From Thraustochytrium aureum (lineage: Eukaryota), in the NCBI GenBank assembly GCA_012862495.1, contig BLSG01000014.1:57478-77477 (forward strand): a stretch of 20,000 nt of DNA, given 5' to 3'. Below, in pieces: positions 18,223 to 20,000 of the stretch; positions within the stretch are counted from its first letter, which is position 1, and every line of letters begins with the position of its first letter. The translations under genes were made by a program, and so were the position numbers. A model generated the notes under the pieces. The model had not been told where the DNA came from, did not search any database, and saw nothing but the letters and a program-made list of their open reading frames with translations.

Positions 18223-19600
18223 ATGCGCGCGATGGACTCGCGGCGACCAGTGCTGTGCGGCGTGGGGCTGGTGCTGGCAACGCTGTTCTTGGTGCTGAGC
18301 GGAGGGCTCGGCCCGCTGCTCAGCTCTCTTCTGCCTCCTTGGAGCAATGCAGCTCAGGGACTCGTGGACTCGTCTGTGGGTGAAGTTGTGGACCTGGCTT
18401 GGACCTGCCCGCCGGCGATGAAGGACGCGCTGGTGGAGGTCGTCTCGTTGAGCCGCAGAGTGGAGAAGCACTTGGGCGTCGCAGCCGAGATTGTGGCCAC
18501 GGCGGCGACGAAAATGGGCCTCCGTCGCGAGCTAGCGGAGCTCTCTTGTGAAAAGCTGGTCGCCTTGGCGTTAAACAACGTGAACAGGACCGCGGCCATC
18601 GCGGACGACTTGCTGGAGCAGGCGCAGCACCTTTCGGCGGCACAGAGAGCTAGCCACTGCGCCTCGAAGGAGGAGCACATTTCTCCGTCGTCCTCGTCGA
18701 AAGCGCCGGGCCAACGTGAACGCTTGTGTCGGCTGACCAGCGTGCAGTGGTTCTCCAAGACCAACTTTACGCACAACTGCCCGAAGGGGTTCATGGACGG
18801 CTTGAACACCACGGAGACGCTCTTTCGCAAGCCCAAGTACCACCGCATCGCCATCGTCGGCGATTCCATGGCATACCGGCTGCTGGTCGCGATCAAGTCC
18901 ATGGCATCTGGAATCCCCAANNNNNNNNNNNNNNNNNNNNNNNNNNNNNNNNNNNNNNNNNNNNNNNNNNNNNNNNNNNNNNNNNNNNNNNNNNNNNNNN
19001 NNNNNNNNNNNNNNNNNNNNNNNNNNNNNNNNNNNNNNNNNNNNNNNNNNNNNNNNNNNNNNNNNNNNNNNNNNNNNNNNNNNNNNNNNNNNNNNNNNNN
19101 NNNNNNNNNNNNNNNNNNNNNNNNNNNNNNNNNNNNNNNNNNNNNNNNNNNNNNNNNNNNNNNNNNNNNNNNNNNNNNNNNNNNNNNNNNNNNNNNNNNN
19201 NNNNNNNNNNNNNNNNNNNNNNNNNNNNNNNNNNNNNNNNCACATCTCGTTTGGAGCGCACGACCTTGAGTACGTATTCCAGAGCAAAAACGCGACGCTG
19301 TTCGCGGAGAACGTGCGAACCTTTGTGCGCATGGTCAAGAAGAGGCTGCCGAGGACACGGCTGTGCGTCACGCTGTTCCCAAAGATTTGGAAGCGTGGAA
19401 AAAACCACCTGCAGGGGCCGATGAACGTGCTGCAGGAGCGCGTGCTCCAAGAAGAAGGAATCTCCTGCGTGGTGGATGGCCGCGCACTGTCCCACGTTGA
19501 TGATCAATACCAACACGCGACGGTGCCAGACGGGACCCATTTCCCGGGTCCTTACTACGAAATGGTTGCCTACGAGCTGTCACAACTCATAAATCAATGA
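18223..19600 (+). CDS. Type II membrane SGNH-fold protein (GDS...GxHD...DxxH; TBL/PC-esterase/CASD1-like O-acetyltransferase or esterase); contains an N-gap
   Basis: An N-terminal TM helix and helical stem lead to RIAIVGDSMAYRL before the gap. After the gap, the frame from 19241 reads HISFGAHDL...VPDGTHF...YEMVAYELSQLINQ-stop. Confidence 0.75.
18921..19240. other. Assembly gap (N run)
   Basis: N run inside the SGNH protein. Confidence 0.99.
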
Positions 19601-20000
19601 ATGAGGCATCTTGGCGTTGGGTTTTAGAAAGCCTGGGACGTTCTGCGAGAGGAAAAGGAGAAGTTTCTGCCAAACGAAGCCAGTAATGGGACTTCGCGAA
19701 GCGACTCGGTGGCTGCGAGCTGCTGGTGCCTCGATCCAGTCTGTGATGGGACGAGCTCTTCTCGTCATCCGTGGAACTGGAAAGATGACGCTGTGGTTTA
19801 CTAATTACCGCCCTGCAATGTTGACGCAAAGCGTCCGCCATGGGCTCGCCAACAACCTCTTAGAGTTGGAGGTCAAGTTATTGGCTCCGGCTTCTGGAGA
19901 GCTAATCTCAGCCAGGTAGAGTGCCGCAGCACCCCGAGACCTCAATCGCGGAAGGCGTACACGACTTTCCATTGCGAGGCCGGAGCCACGCTTGCGTCTT

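Noticed and set aside
1..20000. Prokaryotic origin of the whole window
   Set aside because: Phosducin-like and SPX proteins, Golgi-type type II membrane enzymes, microsatellites and the absence of operons or Shine-Dalgarno patterns all indicate a eukaryote.
19601..20000. ORF 19611-19919
   Set aside because: It has a non-ATG start and no recognisable features; probably 3' UTR or intergenic.

Overview
GC-rich, gene-dense DNA with apparently intron-poor genes and five N-gaps. It is very probably from a unicellular eukaryote: phosducin-like and SPX proteins are eukaryotic families, orientations are mixed and there are no operons. The compact intronless layout is compatible with a labyrinthulomycete or other stramenopile, but this is inference only. 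Genes in order: (1) a NUDT9-type Nudix domain reading in frame into an S9D glutamyl-endopeptidase-like protease with a C-terminal tail anchor; (2) a Cys-less pentameric ligand-gated ion channel with no signal peptide; (3) an SPX-GDPD protein; (4) a phosducin-like protein; (5-6) a tightly convergent cobT/cobS pair for cobamide lower-ligand activation and attachment; (7) a bacterial-type Popeye-domain protein with an extra C-terminal helical module; (8) a PAP2 phosphatase; (9) a fucosyltransferase-superfamily type II membrane protein; (10) a GDS/DxxH SGNH-type O-acetyltransferase/esterase. At least four single-base frameshifts, mostly in homopolymers, split otherwise intact genes and are probably sequencing errors. 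The most notable items are the eukaryotic cobT-cobS mini-cluster, the Nudix-protease fusion, the non-animal Popeye protein and the possibly inverted-topology pLGIC. All family calls come from motif recognition; no searches were run.
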